DNA of 64,000 nt from Tubiluchus corallicola (GCA_030141605.1 JAQGDQ010000317.1:124001-188000); one strand, 5' to 3'. Numbered from the stretch's first letter, positions 27,601-42,596 are shown. Numbers and translations are program-made. Notes: generated by a model from the sequence alone, not told the origin.

Positions 27601-30600
27601 TGTTTTTAGAAAGCTGTCTCAACAGAGGTGATGGTTATCTTTCATTTAGACTAGGACGTAGTCAATGCAGCCAAATTGTGACCAGTAATATTTGAAGAGG
27701 TAAATAGGTGCAAGATATGAACTGAGTTATTTTTCATTAATCTCTTTGTCTTTGGATAAGAAATGGGAAATTATTTTTGTAACAGAACACAATGAATCTC
27801 CCATAAATGTCCGAAATTATTAGAGACTAATTTGCATTTTTGGCAATTTAAAAATTAAATTTGCCCTGCTTTTTTTCAAAACAGGCAATGGCACTTATTG
27901 TTTATTAACAGTTTTTTTGTTAAAACCAGTAAATGAATTGTAAAAATATACTACAAGATTTAAAAGTACACCAGAAAAGTTGAAAGAAACTAAATTTTAC
28001 TACCTTTCAGTTCATCATGAAAATTGTGCAGAGCTGAGCTCAGCTGTTCCAGTAAATGTGCGTGGTCCACATGAATCTGATCACAGTTTATATCACCTAA
28101 ACAATAATGCAATTTAACGACACAAGAGGGCATCTTTCAAAATTAATTGATAATGGTGGTGACTACAGAATCCAAAACAGGTATACATGTTTTCTCTGTC
28201 ATTTTTCAGCATTTCAATTCGAATCAAAAATGGATACTGCAAGTAACAAAATGCACATTTTAATTTTGTCTATATAGGTACATCAGTAACTCTAGTGTTT
28301 TCTACTTCTGTTATCACTAATATTAGAAATAAAGCTTCTGAAGGCACATCTTCATTTATTCTACAAAACTATCTCATCGATTTCTTCATGCTTAGTCTTG
28401 CAAGCAAACCTGCATCCTTCCAATTAAAAGAAAAGGTCTACCTTTTGTGCTCAATGGAACCAGAATTAATTCCAAAGATTTAAATGTAGGTTAAATCTCT
28501 ACTCAAAAATTTACTGAGCTAATAATGGTGACTTTGTTCCAGTAGGTTGAAAAGTTCATTTTCTTTAAAAGTGTGCTTGTTCAAAAGAATCTTAGAAATT
28601 TAAAAAAGCAATTTAAAAAAAAATTTGATGAATTCACACCACTCCGATCTGCCATCTGGAGAGTATTTAAGAACTTAGCAAGAAAAGTATCCTTCAGTAA
28701 TTTCAAGCATGCAATAATTTTCTATATAGCCACACAAAAGACTTTATTGTGTACTACAGATGCTGTAGAAATTTGTTGAGAATTAGTTATCATTGAATCA
28801 TTGACATATGTCTTTTACCTGAATTTAGAGGGCACTAGCATTGTTTTGCAGTTTATAAAAAAGTGTGATTACTGCAATACTTGTCAAAGAAAATTATCAG
28901 TGATTGGATTCATTAGAACTAAGCAACCTAGTATTAAATAGTGGCTGTTACATTTAAAGTAACATGTTTAATTCCATGACGTATAGCAAGTCAGCAAACA
29001 AGGTTGATCTTGAACAAGCTTTACAGTCACGCTCAAAACAAATTTTACATGCACATTACAGTGCTTCCTATGTAGAATGTGCAAAAGTGTGCCATAATTC
29101 AGACCCGAAAAACAAATTCACAAAAATTTCACAGTTTACAATACAATACTTCAAAATAACATCAAAGATAGGAATGTACTACATCCAGACAAAAAGTTCA
29201 AAATCCAGCAAAAATTGTTGTCTGGATTTGTTCCAGGACCTGTAAGAAGTCTGGCATTTACCGGATTTTTGACTGTGCAATCCAAATAGACACAGCTTTT
29301 TTGTGTTAAAATGGATAGAATGGCCAGTGGCTACTGGTTAGTCATTACTTTTTGCCTTAAAATTCCTGGTTTTGGGTATTTAGCTGATCTCCGCATTCAT
29401 AATGTTCAACATTTGGCACCTTTCTAGAAGTTTTAAAATCACATATTTTTAGTTTTTGAAGATTAATATATTGTAAGTATATTATAGCCAATCTACGTGT
29501 GTATGTGTAAGCATGCTACTACCGTAGAAGTTGTTCGTAAATCACATAAAAAGGATTTATACCCATTGGTTAACAAACTGCCTGTAATAAAGGATAGAAT
29601 CTCACCAGCTAGATATTAAGGATAATAGGCCTATATGTCCAGGTCCAATCCGAATCTGGTAACAATGAATAAGGTAACAGCAAACCTAATCAAAACTGTT
29701 TTCAGATTAAATAAAAAGAAAGGATTTGGCCTTACTTTGAGCAGCAATAGAACTGAAGCATTTATCAAGTCTGTTGAGTACAGACACTAGCTTAGATAAA
29801 GATGCGTGTACTTCCATGTTTCGTTTCTTTACATCACTAGGGCATGCCGATACAGCACTTTCCTCCTCCAAGCTAATATATCAAAAACTTTCATTGTAAT
29901 AAAATTTAGAAATGCTGTAACTCTGTAGAACCTAATTATAAAAAAGCAAAAACTGTTTGCACAAGTACTTGTCGAAAATATTGAAAGCAATAAGTAACTT
30001 ATTCATAAAAAGCACACAAACAAGTCCAAAAATACTGATATAAACACTAAGAAATTTACAGTTTGAATTTGATTCACACATTAATTTGAAACTGTTAAAT
30101 TTTTTTTTATTATGAATCAAGGACAGTATATATAAACAAGTTACAAGAAAATTATCTAATAATGTAATGAGATAATACATAAAATAGATCTTATAATGGA
30201 TACTCTTGCACATTCTTTCTAAGACCAGTATGTTTTCATCCCTAAATGCTACTGGTCTTAGAAAGAACACATAAGAATATGAATTGTAAAGTCTATACTT
30301 ATTTCCTATAAATATTATCTGTATGTATCAACCAAGGCATATAGATAAACTGCTTATCTATAAACAATTTATTTCCTGTCAAAAAATAAATTGTTTATAT
30401 AGTTCATTTTAACAAATCAATTTTAGTGACCAAATAGTTGTGTAACGTTTGTAAATTAGATAGCCCGCTTTTAAGTCTTAACGAGCTTACTTTTAAACAG
30501 TTCATGTTGGTGAACTGTTGTGTTGTACTGCTTGGACAAAAACATATTTATGCCTAGCTTTGAAAAACTGACAGTTATCTACTTTATTAAATTGCATTTG

Positions 30601-33600
30601 TTTCATATCCCAACACTATAGTTATTAACCAAGGTTACAAACAGATGTAGAAAAAAACAAGCTAGAAAGCTTATTTACCTCAGCAGGTGGCAAGGAAGAA
30701 GTTTTCTATGATAAGTTATGTAACTGTGAAATGCTTGACTAACATCATGAAGCTCATGAGGCGCCTCCTATAAATAGTAAAATAATTTCAACAAGCTTAA
30801 CGACAATAAATGATAATCGTTATTTAAAACCATCATAGTCACACTAATACAGTACACCGCATGTAAATGTTTGTGGCTTTACAAATTGGTTTTTTGTTTT
30901 GAAAGAATGCGCACAAAAACTAAGTATGATTGTCATTGAAGATCAAGGTATAATTGCTGATGGGAAAAAAATGGAATTTCATTTGGATTTGCATCAAGTG
31001 CCTCGGTTATCCTATAATTTATAAAAGGTATTTAAACTAGAAATCGTTAGATTATTGGAACATGAGCTAGGTACTTGTGCAAGAAATCTTGATGTCTTTG
31101 GTTACAAATTCAAACTGGGAAACTGTCAGAAAATTTCATATAAAAAACTTCTATAACCATAGTCATGTTCAGCTAAAGTTTCAGAAATATATTTATTTAC
31201 CGGAAGAGCTTAAACATAATGCAATCCATAATTTCCAACCAAATATTTCAACTTTAGCTTTCATTTCAGGTGATAAATCACGCCTCTGAAGCAGCCAACA
31301 ATGAATAGACTAACATACCAAAGTAGGCATTTTGCTGTTCTGCACTTTGCCTTGAAACGTTGCAAATGCATCTTGAAAGATCTGTATATGTTGACTGTTC
31401 TCCAATAGAAGCTTACACAGCTGCAAAAGAAAATGTCTTCTTGAAAATACAGTTTTGTTTAATGCAAAAATAGCATTTATTAAAATAATATTGTCAAACA
31501 AACGTATAAGAATAATGAACTAAAAAAGTATCCATTTTAAACGAATTGCACAGTCACAATATATCATTTATAAAATAAAAACATTAGAGAATTTGTAGCT
31601 GGCAAAAATTGAGTAATATGTTAAATTGAGTAATATGATGAGTAATATGTTAATAAAGGCAAAAGGAAAAACAACCACTTTGAAATAAATTTCATCCAAT
31701 AAAATGAATTTATACTGTTTTATGCAATTGGTGTCAAATGAAAAAAAGGAAAAAAATATTTTATTATTATTTAAATGCATAAAAGCTAGATAAAATGTCA
31801 CATTCATAATATGAGCTAATATGTCCTCAAATTTATATTAACTTTTTCTTAGTTTTTTTATGACCAGTCTCTTTTGAGTTATGGAAACTCTTTTTGAAGT
31901 TCTTTCAGGTAAACATTTTGATATTGGAGCAGATTCAAAAATATTACAAAAAATAAAAATAAAGAAAAAAGAAAAGCTAACTGAACCATTAAACTACTAT
32001 AAACATGTTTTTGTCTGTACTTTGTTCAATGTCAATTTTAAAAACATCAAATAATAATATGCTCTATTCAACTAAAAAAATAACATAACTCACCTGTCTG
32101 TTGTTACTACTGATAGGTTCAGTACTGGCATCAAGCGGATAGATCTGACATCGCTGATGCGTATATGTATGGTAATCACATAGGGCAGTAGCAAAGTCCC
32201 TAACAAGTGTTCCCAGATTCTGTATAACTTCTCGCAATTTTGTTTCTTGGTTTTTATCATATGGAGGTACATTCAATGTCGAAATATCGTTATTTTCTGA
32301 AAAAGAAAAAATTTCGTGTGAAAATGATGAATCTGTACCTCGTAGTTTTATTTAGTACATGATCAGGCGAGGCACCTCAGTCATATGTATAAACAAATGC
32401 CATTAGTTTATAATTTAACACGCCATAAATTGATAGCAAGTTTTTGTTAAAAACCAGCAGGCAAAATAGACAAAAGCATTCCAGACTCAACATTGCTGCA
32501 CATTGTTACATTCATAAACAGACAATGATTCACATTTATAGCTATGTGTTGCATATCAGTTGAAGAAGAAACAGACATCTTTCATTGCCTATAGTTAGCA
32601 AAAGAAATATACGCACCGGTATCATTAAAAGGTAGCTTTTCTTGTAAATTCTTCGTTGCTCGCTCAAGTGGCCCACTAAATTCATCGTGTACATTCTTTA
32701 ACTGTTGCTCACTATATCAACAGAAATGATAATTATTACCATTAGTCCATTAGGCTAGAATAGAGTAATTAAAAGCTCAATTAAATCACACATTTATACA
32801 CTGTGGTCTTACCCAAAAGGCCAAGAAGAGATGTTATCCTCACCTTGACAGTTGTTATCCTTCGTGTTTCACCGAATAACATTCATCCTATTAACTTTTA
32901 CATTAAATACGTTTATATTTATGAAACATTTACTATTTACATTCTTTGCAGTCACTACTTTTTTCTTCTAGCTTTCCATGTTAACAGTAACTTTTTCTCT
33001 TACCAATGCTACCTTAAACATATTTATTATAAGCTATTCAAATTCACAGCATCTCTTTCTTCTAACTTTCTTTCCTTCCCTTGCATAGCCCAATGATTAC
33101 CAATACGTATTAACTAGTAAGGCATTTTGTTAGCATAATATTACCAAATTACCAAAAATAGAGGGATGTCCAGAAAAAATATTACTTAAAATTTCAAAAT
33201 GTATTCTTTTAAATGAAAAAGAACTCAGCTTTTGATGTTTCTTTGCATACATAACTTAGAAAACAAAGTTGACTTAAATCCCATAGATTTTAACATATAG
33301 GAAAACTTATCTCAATGAGTGCATCTTGCAAGGAAAATTGATAACATTCCCAACTGGAAAAAGTTTTGCTTCAGGAAACAGGCTAAAATGGGATTAATTC
33401 AGCTATTAACCAATTCCTACCTATGCTTTGCAAAGTGATCAGAATTAAAGGAAATCACAGAGAACAATTTTTTCCAAGTTATGTCCATAAAAAAAGCCAA
33501 GTTTCCTTTTCATTTAAAACAGTAAATTTTGAAAACATTTTCTTTCTTTTGTTATGGAAATACAATTTTAAACATCACATATTTTAAAGTCATAATGCAT

Positions 33601-35690
33601 AACATAATATATATATATTATGCACAGGAAAAAAATTAGTTTTAAGTTTTAACACACACATATATATATCATTGTTATTTTGTTAAATTTTTATGCTTTG
33701 TACAATGAAAGAGAAGAGCCCATTTCTTCGAATACTTGCATATTTTTTATCAATTACACCAGAAATACATGAATTTAATCACGGATGTTAGTCACAGGAA
33801 TGTAATTCTTAAGGATAAGAAGTAAAAAAATTCAAATGACTTTTTTTATTCAATGAAATGTTAATTGTTTCTTACTATTTAGTTCAAAATCTTTAGTTCT
33901 TTACCTGCTTTTAAGTAAAGCTTTCAACTGCCGAGCCTCAGTTTCCAAATTAACAAATTTTACCTGTAAAATAGCAAAGCAATTCACATCACAGCATGCA
34001 TGATTAAGAACACTACACAAATCAAGTGTAACGTTCTAATTTAGGCCAACAAAAAATTCCACAGAAATCTATACTGTTATAAGACAGAAAGATTTAAATA
34101 CAATATTATCTGTAAAATACATTTTTTTCGTATTTTGGCTTCTGCAAAAAATACCTGGCCAAACAAATATTTGTTTTCAGAACTACATTTTCAACACTAC
34201 CAATAATTAGATATCAATCACCAAAAAATTTTGTGACTTGCCTCAAATCAAAATTACCAGTAATCAGAAATCAACTACCAAAAAGTTTTGCAACTTACTT
34301 CAAGAGTGACTTTGTCTTGCTGCAATTTGTCCACTAAAAGCTTATGCCTGTCTTTTAGTTCATTGACTATAAGATCATGCCGTGTAGAATTATGCTCAAG
34401 AGTAGAAATCTTATCCTGTAGTGCCATTATCTGGCTCTTAGATTGACTTTCAAGGTCATACACCTGAAATAGGATATAACAGTGAAAATTAGAGTATTTG
34501 CTATAATTATGCTTGAAAATTATAATTTTTCATGTGTAATGCCTTTACCCTTCTTCCTTTTGGAAAAATGCATGAAAACATTCCTAACATACATTTCTAA
34601 GTAGAATTACAAAATATGAAAAAATATCATGCTATATTAGTGGGCTTTGTAATGCTTCCATTACCTGTTTATGTAGTTCAGCATTTTCTGCAATTTTCTT
34701 CTGCAACTCTTCGCCGACTACATCGTTATCAAAAGAAGATGACTCATCATGATTTCGTGCCTGTAAACACAATGGATAATTCCTGGTGAGCACATGACAC
34801 TTTTGTGCAAATTACTCTAGGGCCAGTGGTCACTTATGGTAAAGTGTGGTAATTAAGAAGTGAAAATGTGTGTGCAGACAGAAAAATAAGTCCTGTAACG
34901 CATTTGCTAGTGTCAGGAGATATCTATTAATGTTCATCTTAAAACATTTAAAAGCCTAAGACAATTGAAGCTAATTTCCATGTGGAGTGGATGTTGAATA
35001 CCTTGGCCGGCACAGAAGACAGCCATGTTTTGCATCTTTAAAACAGCCCATAGAATTTCATCATTTTCAACAGCTTACGTCCAGAGTTGATATGATATAA
35101 ACAACTTTTTAGTGCAATGCAAAGATGCACTTTTAGAATCTTCTTGTATTTATTTCTGCCATGAAGTAACAAACACCTCTGTCATGCTGTTTCAAAAAGT
35201 ACCAATGAACTTTTCTTTTACACACAATAGTCAATGTACAACAGTAGCAACTAAAAAGAATAAAAATGAAGAACAAAAGTGTAGTACAAGCTGTAAACCA
35301 ATGGGTGACACGAACTAATCCATGCCCATTTTTGGTCATTCAAAAATCTCATCCACCACATTAGAAGCACAAAGAAAGAAAATGTAATTATAAAATTCAA
35401 CAGGAAAAAAGCAGGAGCAGCTCAGTATGTTGGGTGGACTTCAACAATGCATTCACAAGGATTAGAACACAGCTGGTCCATCAAAGACTACCCATCAATT
35501 AAAAGGAGACAAAATGATGATAGACCACAATTTTAGGTGTGTCATGCTTTAGACTTGCGTGAAAACAAATTTGTTCAGGCATTTGAAAGTATCAGTCAAA
35601 TTATCTCAAACTGTTGTTGTGATACGAAATAATCTTTTTCTAATTCTTGACTAAATTACCAGCCCGCATTCTCTCTCTCTCTCCCTCCCT

Positions 35691-35747
<57 letters not shown>

Positions 35748-37498
35748 CTCTTTTTCTCTTATCTATTTTTTTACACTGTCACACTGTGGGATGTGTTTCC
35801 TTGTTACAGTGGTATGTGCTTAACCGAGTACCACTAACCACTATACACATAACAAAATAAAAAAATCAGAAAGTGCAAAAAATAAGAAAATGATATATTT
35901 TTACTGTACCGCTCGTCTCACTAAATTTATTCGTGTCAGATTAATGACTACTGAGTACTAAAATACCAACATCCAGTCATCCTGTCCTCCAGCTAGCACA
36001 CAAATATAAAAAAACAGAAAATACAGAAATGATAAAGTAAGTTGGCATCAACTCACCTGCGATGCCTGTTGTCCTAATATAAGTGTGGCAATAGACTCTG
36101 CCTGAAATTATCAGAAATTTAGCATTAGCATAACTAACATCAAAATATCACCAATATGCTTAAGCAGGAAAATGTTTTTCGAAGTAAAATATGAAACTAC
36201 TTGTATCAGAACATTTTACATCATATGCAGTTGATACATGTTTTAGCAGTTAACAACAATATTGATGTTGGTATCACCCAGTAGTACTTGGTACTCAATA
36301 GTCTTAAATCTCACGTGATATAAGTAATATAGTGAGACATTCAAAAACCGCAAAGAGAAAAGACACTTTCTCACCTTCCCTTTCTTGGGCTTAGCAGTTG
36401 CATCATCTAACTCCTGCTGAAGCATGGTAACACGCTTCGAAAGCTGCTGATTTCGGAAGTTTAAACTATCGATTTCTTGTTCCGATCTGCGAATTGTCTG
36501 ATCCTTTTGCTTAACTTCATCCTGCAGTAGAAAAAATTTGTTACCGAATTTCAATGTAATAATCTGTGACTTACAGACAGCAATTTATCATGGCTATAGA
36601 TAGTGGCTATGGTAATAAAAACCTTTGCAGAAATTCATAGCTCAATTAAAAAATTGTAAAACAGTTACAGTAATAATTTATCACCTTGAGCTGTGTTTCT
36701 TTAGCCTGTTCATCAAGTACAGCCTTTTTTAGCACTGGAACTTGTGCTCTCAGCTAAAACAAATAACATAACACCGTGTTTACAAAATTGGAGTTAAAAT
36801 ATTTACATTAACTACTTTAGTACAGAGCCTGCAGATACCATACCGGCTGTGAAAAATGTGATTTGCTATAGACAACAGTATTCCACCAGATGAAACTTTT
36901 CTAGATAAGACGAGTTTTTCTCGTTTTTTAATATGGGAAAGCAGCAAGCTGCAAACAGTGAATTTTATCAAATATCTAACTGTCAAAATCAAATGCAGGG
37001 CAATTGACACCCCATTTCATAGCCACCATGTCAACACAAGAAATTGTAAATAGCATGTAAAAACAATAACATACTTTTATTATGTAGTAACTATAATAAT
37101 AAAGATAATAATTTCATAAAAAGTTTTTTGTCTCATAAACAAGTCTAAATTACAACTCTGTATGATAGTACTACTAAATGTTCATGTAAAGATTTCTTTA
37201 GTCTAAACCAAGCCCTGTTAGTATCTGCTCTTTTTCCTTTTGTAATCCACTTTATATTACTTACATCATTATTTATTTAACCGCATGAAAAAAGCTTAAA
37301 CATGACAATCCTGCCGAATATTACAGAAACACTTGCACATAACAATAATCAAAGTAAGTAAACTAGTCTGTTACAATAAAACTATTATCAGCAGACTTGG
37401 AAACTTAGTTTAAATTGGTGATAATTTATAACTACCTTTGCGTATTCAGCAGCTAAACGCTGGTATTTAGCAGGCAACTCAGCAGCAGAACTGTCCAT
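21625..37498 (-). CDS. PPP1R21: Protein phosphatase 1 regulatory subunit 21 (KLRAQ1/CCDC128, FERRY complex subunit), 20 coding exons, about 766 aa
   Basis: Exons in transcript order: 37436-37498, 36685-36753, 36375-36521, 34665-34760, 34299-34463, 33905-33963, 32617-32711, 32094-32296, 31319-31420, 30679-30767, 29736-29872, 28004-28096, 27275-27402, 26605-26733, 25327-25419, 24083-24325, 23761-23895, 23056-23133, 22673-22813, 21625-21660. Phase-consistent, 2301 nt total. Diagnostic motifs: KYQRLAAEYAKLRAQ (KLRAQ), DSLNFRNQQLSKRV, LPFNDT, ESVPYEEA, LEQDKEHWMLE, REDLI, ADSKA..FYAE, TTTKNYEGQLSLMSDHL. Confidence 0.95.
26081..26440. mobile_element. hAT (Tip100-like) MITE
   Basis: TIRs CAGGGCCAGATTAT / ATAATTCGGCCCTG, subterminal GGGCCC/CCTAGG repeats, and an 8-bp TSD ggtttgac/ggtctgac. 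Confidence 0.85.
35669..35745. repeat. (CT)n microsatellite with a poly-C interruption
   Basis: Directly visible in the sequence. Confidence 0.95.
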
Positions 37499-39073
37499 TT
37501 CAAATAATTAAAAATTCATAACACAAAGTGACATCTAAAAGAAAAGCAATTACAATAGTAAATGCGATAAACAAACTTGAAACCTTATGCTATACTTTTT
37601 AATAATTCCTCTCAATTAGTTACCCTTTCATTGAGGTATTTATTCTATTTAGACTTAAAAAATACTAACAGGCTACAGAAGGAAAAAGATACTGCCCATT
37701 TTTGCTCAAATAAGTTGATTCTTACTAGTTCCACTGTTTTCTTACTATTTGCTGTTATTTAGGGCATATTTTTCACTGGTTCATTGATTTCTGTTGCACT
37801 TATCCTCAGTATCAGTTTCCTTTTTCAAGTAAGTTTCTATGATGCTGAACTAGTAATAAATTAAAACATGTTATCCTCTTTTCACGTTCCTCCTAACTGT
37901 GAGGTGAAGCTGCAGCACAGCAAAGGAAACAAATTAATTATTTCATTCACACAGAGGCTAGATTAAGATATAAAATTGCCAGACTATCTGAATACCCAAT
38001 ATGGGCAGCACTAGTGATGCTGGAAATTTTCATATTGCTGGAGAGTCGCTAGCAGTTTTCACTGTGCGTGTCGATCGGCTTGACGAATGTTTACAACTTT
38101 TATTTTCTAGCTGCAATGACAAAAATCATTGAAAAGTTTTTTGGAAGATCAACTCTATTACATTACGTAACACAAGCAACTTCAGAAGAAATTGATTGCA
38201 TTATTATTTGAAGTGCATAGAAGATTACATTTATGTATGACGAAGCAAGTGAATAATATTCGTAAAAACTATAGAATTTATAGAAACCGCCTGGTTTCAA
38301 ATCTTCTGCATAACATGATAATGGACCATGTTCAAGTTCCTTCTTTGAAACACATAGTATGTGGGACATTCACGCTTACTCAACATCTTCTCACACTGCT
38401 TCTTTGTTCCAATATAGGCCAACCTCAACTTGACGGTTTAGGCATCAGCATAGCATGGTAATGTTTTCTGTAGTACCTTGCCATGTGCCATACATAGTAA
38501 GACAGTACCACAGTAACGCAGCAGTAGCAGCTGCAGCACATAGTGCTTCCGTACACTGTGAAATGGTATGCGCCAAGACGGCATGTGGCGAAGGCAGTAC
38601 ACATGGAAGTCGAGCAAGTGCCAATGTCCCACGAGATTGGACAGAGGTTTTCATGCAATTCTTTCAACGATGGCAGACTGACTGGTCACTGACCAGGTAT
38701 GAAAAGTACAGCCTATCACAGGACGCTAGTCTTCATATATAACTCTTATTAACAGTGCCACTAACGGCGCGAACGTTTGACTAACCATTTGTAAAGAGCT
38801 CCACTTTATGCACAAAATGTATTGAAGGCATTTTTATACTTTCGGTATCAGGGATCTTAGGCTGTGACTGGACAGGAATCTTAGGTTATGGCTGGACAGT
38901 AGTCTTACTCATTGTCAAAGGTAATTTGTTAATGTGAAGCACTGAACCAACGTTGGTGTCAATGGCCCACTAAATACGATCTGGATGCTCATGTAGAATG
39001 CGAGCAAAAGAAGCCATGCAAAATGCAAATAACTGTAGCTGGGAATTTCAACAGAAAATATATATTGATAGTC

Positions 39074-39099
39074 ATATATATAAATAAATAAATAAATAA

Positions 39100-39162
<63 letters not shown>
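39074..39162. repeat. (TAAA)n-(TA)n compound microsatellite
   Basis: Directly visible in the sequence. Confidence 0.95.
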
Positions 39163-39168
<6 letters not shown>

Positions 39169-39514
39169 TACCATTTGTCTGAGTTGAAAAAGAGGACACT
39201 TTTTTGCACACTTGTAAGTAGGCAAAATTGACCAGTCTAGGGTCTATTAAAACAATGCAAAATAAAATACAAATTATACAAATAGGCCTACATGTATTCT
39301 AATAGCAATACCAAATTGCTATACTGCAAAAAACATTAACACACTGCAACTATCAGTCGCCTGCTTCTTCTTGGCTCTCAGGAATCGCATTTTGAGATGT
39401 TAGCAACATCTTGTAATGAAAATTAACACAAACTGCCAATTTTTTGAAAACCCGCCAGCACGGAGGCCCAAAAAGAGGACATGTCCGGTGAAACCCGGAC
39501 TTATGGTAACCATA
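39163..39514. mobile_element. hAT (Blackjack-like) MITE inserted in a (TA)n tract
   Basis: TIRs TAGGGTTACCAT / ATGGTAACCATA, internal aaaaagaggaca repeats near both ends, and (TA)n on both sides. Confidence 0.8.
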
Positions 39515-40189
39515 TATATATATATATTTAGTCAAACACTAGCGCCGCTAGTGGTACTGTTAATAAGTTCTATGTCTATGTCTTCTATATCAGTATATGA
39601 AGACTAGCGTCCTGTGATAAGCTGTACTTTTCACACCTGGTCAGTGACCAGTCAGTCTGCCATCGTTGAAAGAATTGCATGAAAATATATATTGCATTAT
39701 ATATTAATAAAGTAAACAAGGAAGAGTGGAGAAGTCCATAAGCTATTTATGCTTAACCTCTATCCTTCGACGGTAACGGTAAAGATATGTATGCTCCAGA
39801 CGATATTAAATGCGCCAGAATTTCCACTACTTTTAGGTTACAATTTAGATGTGCGTGCACATTAGGCCACCCACATTGAATGTTTACTCCTTTTTAAACT
39901 GGTTTTGCTGCTTCTGAGTGCCAAGTGAGTTCTCGATAATAATTTCCTTATAATCACTTTCCCCCTCCCTAGGCCTATAACTTTTACCTGCTATAGCATA
40001 CAGCAATACCAAAAATCTTAAACTATGGTTCATCAGTTCCAATGGTCATGACCTCATTTAAATTCAAGCGTTGCTTTTTTCCAACATACTCAACAACAAA
40101 AAATTAATCACCTTGCAGTAAAAACTCCTTGTCAAACCTCTAGAGCTTCTGTGAAGAAATCTGACGTGCAGTAAGGATCAAGCAGTAGT

Positions 40190-41200
40190 TGTGTGTAAGA
40201 AAACAACGTGTGGTTGTAAATGGAAATATATCTTCATGGGGTCAAGTATTAAGTGGAGTTCCACAAGTATCTGTACTGGACCTGTTTTGTTTTAATCTAT
40301 ATAAATGACATTGATGACAACATTTCCAATCTGCTCTAAAGTTTGCTGACGATACCAAGATTTTCAAAGCGGTGGGCTCTTCTGAAGAAACCTTTACCTT
40401 TCAATAAGACTTGAGCAAAATGCACGAGTGGTCACTTGACTGGCAGATGCTGATGCAGAGAAGTGTGAATGCATCCATTTTGATTTCAGTAATGTGTGTT
40501 ATGAACTTTATGGGAGACATGAGATTGGAATGTACTACTGAGGTTAAAGATTTGGGAATGGGAGTGCTATATGAGTCGCTAAAGTCGAACAGTCAATGTG
40601 TGGAAGCAGTCAGGAAGGCTAGCTAACAGAACGTTGGGCATGATGCATTTTATTAACAGAGACAAGGAAGTAATTGTAAAACAGTGCAAAAGTTTTGTTA
40701 GAATACACTTGGATTACCACCTGCAGGCATAGAGACCCTATATGGTCAAAGATATTAGTTGTTTGAAAGTGTACAAAAGAAAGCATTAAACTTGATTGAG
40801 CGTCCTAGTTTTGCAGAGTTAACATACGAACAGAAACGGAAAAGATGCAGATTAAAGCCCTAGAACACTGCTGACTGACAACAGATCTGTTTGAAATTTT
40901 TAGAATTATTGTGAATGCACTTGAAGGTCTGGAATGTAATGACTTCCTTACTTTTTGAGATGACAGCAGAACAAGAGGTCACTCCAAAAGATTAGTGAAG
41001 AGAAGATCTAGACTTGATCTTAGGAAATACAGTTTTAGCCAAAGGGTTATTAATACCTGGAACCGAGGAAGCTTAACAGAGGAAGCAGTGAACTCTACTA
41101 GTGTAGATGTTTTCAAGAGCCACTTGCAGGAGTTCTTGAAGAAGATTGGGAGGCACAGCACAAATTTGTCCAAGCTTACAACCCCAGTTGCCTTTTAGAT
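40190..41200 (+). mobile_element. 5'-truncated, decayed CR1-clade LINE (RT and 3' end)
   Basis: RKQRVVVNGNISSWGQVLSGVPQ, KFADDTKIF, DLSKMHEWSLDWQM and RSRLDLRKYSFSQRVINTWN, with multiple stops and frameshifts. Confidence 0.9.
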
Positions 41201-42596
41201 GAAGCTGGTCATCGTCAGTAAGTATAATTGAAGAGAGCTTGAATTGAAATGAGCAGGGCTATGAAACTAAACAGAATTTTTCTAGTTTCCGTATTTGGTA
41301 ACAAAGTTCTTTTAGACATTTTATGGCAAAATTAAAAGTTTAATTCTTATTTAGTATTTCAATCAAATTTTGAAGGTTTTTATTATTATTAGTATAGGAG
41401 TCGAACGAAATGGGATATATTTCTATTAACGTACGGCTGTCCTAAGTTCTACGACACTTCACCTATCCCACACTGCCAAGCCTGCCATGATTCACTGCTT
41501 TACACAACACAGTGATTTGTGTTTCGTGAAAATCAGTTCCCTAAATTTGTCCTTTTGCATTGTTTTGTGATTTGCCGGATATTACTTAAGGATATATCAT
41601 TTTCAGTGTGATCATTGTTATTTTTTAAAGTATGTTGGAAGAACTGCCTTAAAGTTGTCAAACGTTTTACCGGGAAGATTGATTATTGTGGGTACGCGTT
41701 GTACTACGTGGTACGTTACGTAACGTTAGTTTACCTAGAGTTAAAATTGAAAAAGGCTAGCAGCAGAAGTGGAATCGTGTTTATCATTCAGTGATTCTAT
41801 TTGGTGATTCTGTTTAAGAGTTTGACTGACTTATTTTTTGTAAACAATTCTAAAATTATAACTGTATTGACAGTACACTACCACAGTACCAGGCAGTAAA
41901 TGGCAGTATAACTGAGTTGTACGGTTTTAGATAGATAACCTATGCTTCCTAAGAATTTTGAAATAGCGAGTTAATCTGAAGTAAGTAAGCATGTTAATCT
42001 GAAACATTTGCTTGGCATAATCCTTGCTCAACAGTGGGTTTTATGATAATTTTAAAATAGAACTTATTATGCCGGTATTGCCCTTTTTGTCTCGTCAAGT
42101 TATAATATCCTCCTGTTTCTGCGACTGAATAATGATTTCTCTCAGGTTTTTGCCTCGCTATGTGGAGGATCATTGGAAAAAAATCTGTGGAGAGAATTTG
42201 AAATAGTAAAACTTGTCGAATGATGATTATTATCTAAGATATACCCTTCCTAAGACATAATTTAGTGAGTATGATTTAATGAAATTTTATTCATATCGCA
42301 TCCTATTCTGCCATATTGCAACCCACTTGCATTGATTATATAAAAAATTATGGTAGTTTTTGTATTGTTTACTTGCAACATTTTTCAAGAAAAGTTAATA
42401 GTGTTTACTATTGAAATTCTTAAAAAACTGAAAAAATGCTGTGAGTTTCACTTGCTCGAATTTTTTCTATCCACTGATGTTGATATACACTGCTTTTACC
42501 TGTTGTAGGTTGCAGCTTAGTGTAGGTACTGTTTCTTATTAATTCCTATTTAGCAGGCATTGCTAGTCCTGCTTAGAATTTGGATGGCAGCAATGA

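Larger units (their letters stand above)
38648..39685. repeat. Long inverted repeat (arms about 38648-38785 and 39528-39685), foldback/MITE-like
   Basis: ttttcatgcaattctttcaacgatggcagactgactggtcactgaccagg...gacgctagtcttcatata reappears reverse-complemented at about 39594-39685 with very few mismatches. A second matching block (ttattaacagt...tttgactaa) extends the arms inward. Confidence 0.9.

Noticed and set aside
29523-29581. Exon-like 59-nt segment in PPP1R21 intron 11
   Set aside because: Inclusion shifts the frame and gives an immediate stop in the next exon, and homology does not require it. It could only be a poison exon, for which there is no evidence.
33160-33540. Partial inverted repeat (about 33190-33235 versus 33490-33535)
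   Set aside because: Probably an eroded MITE, but termini and TSD could not be defined.
38915-39225. ORFs containing YIYIYI runs
   Set aside because: Translations of the (TA)n microsatellite.
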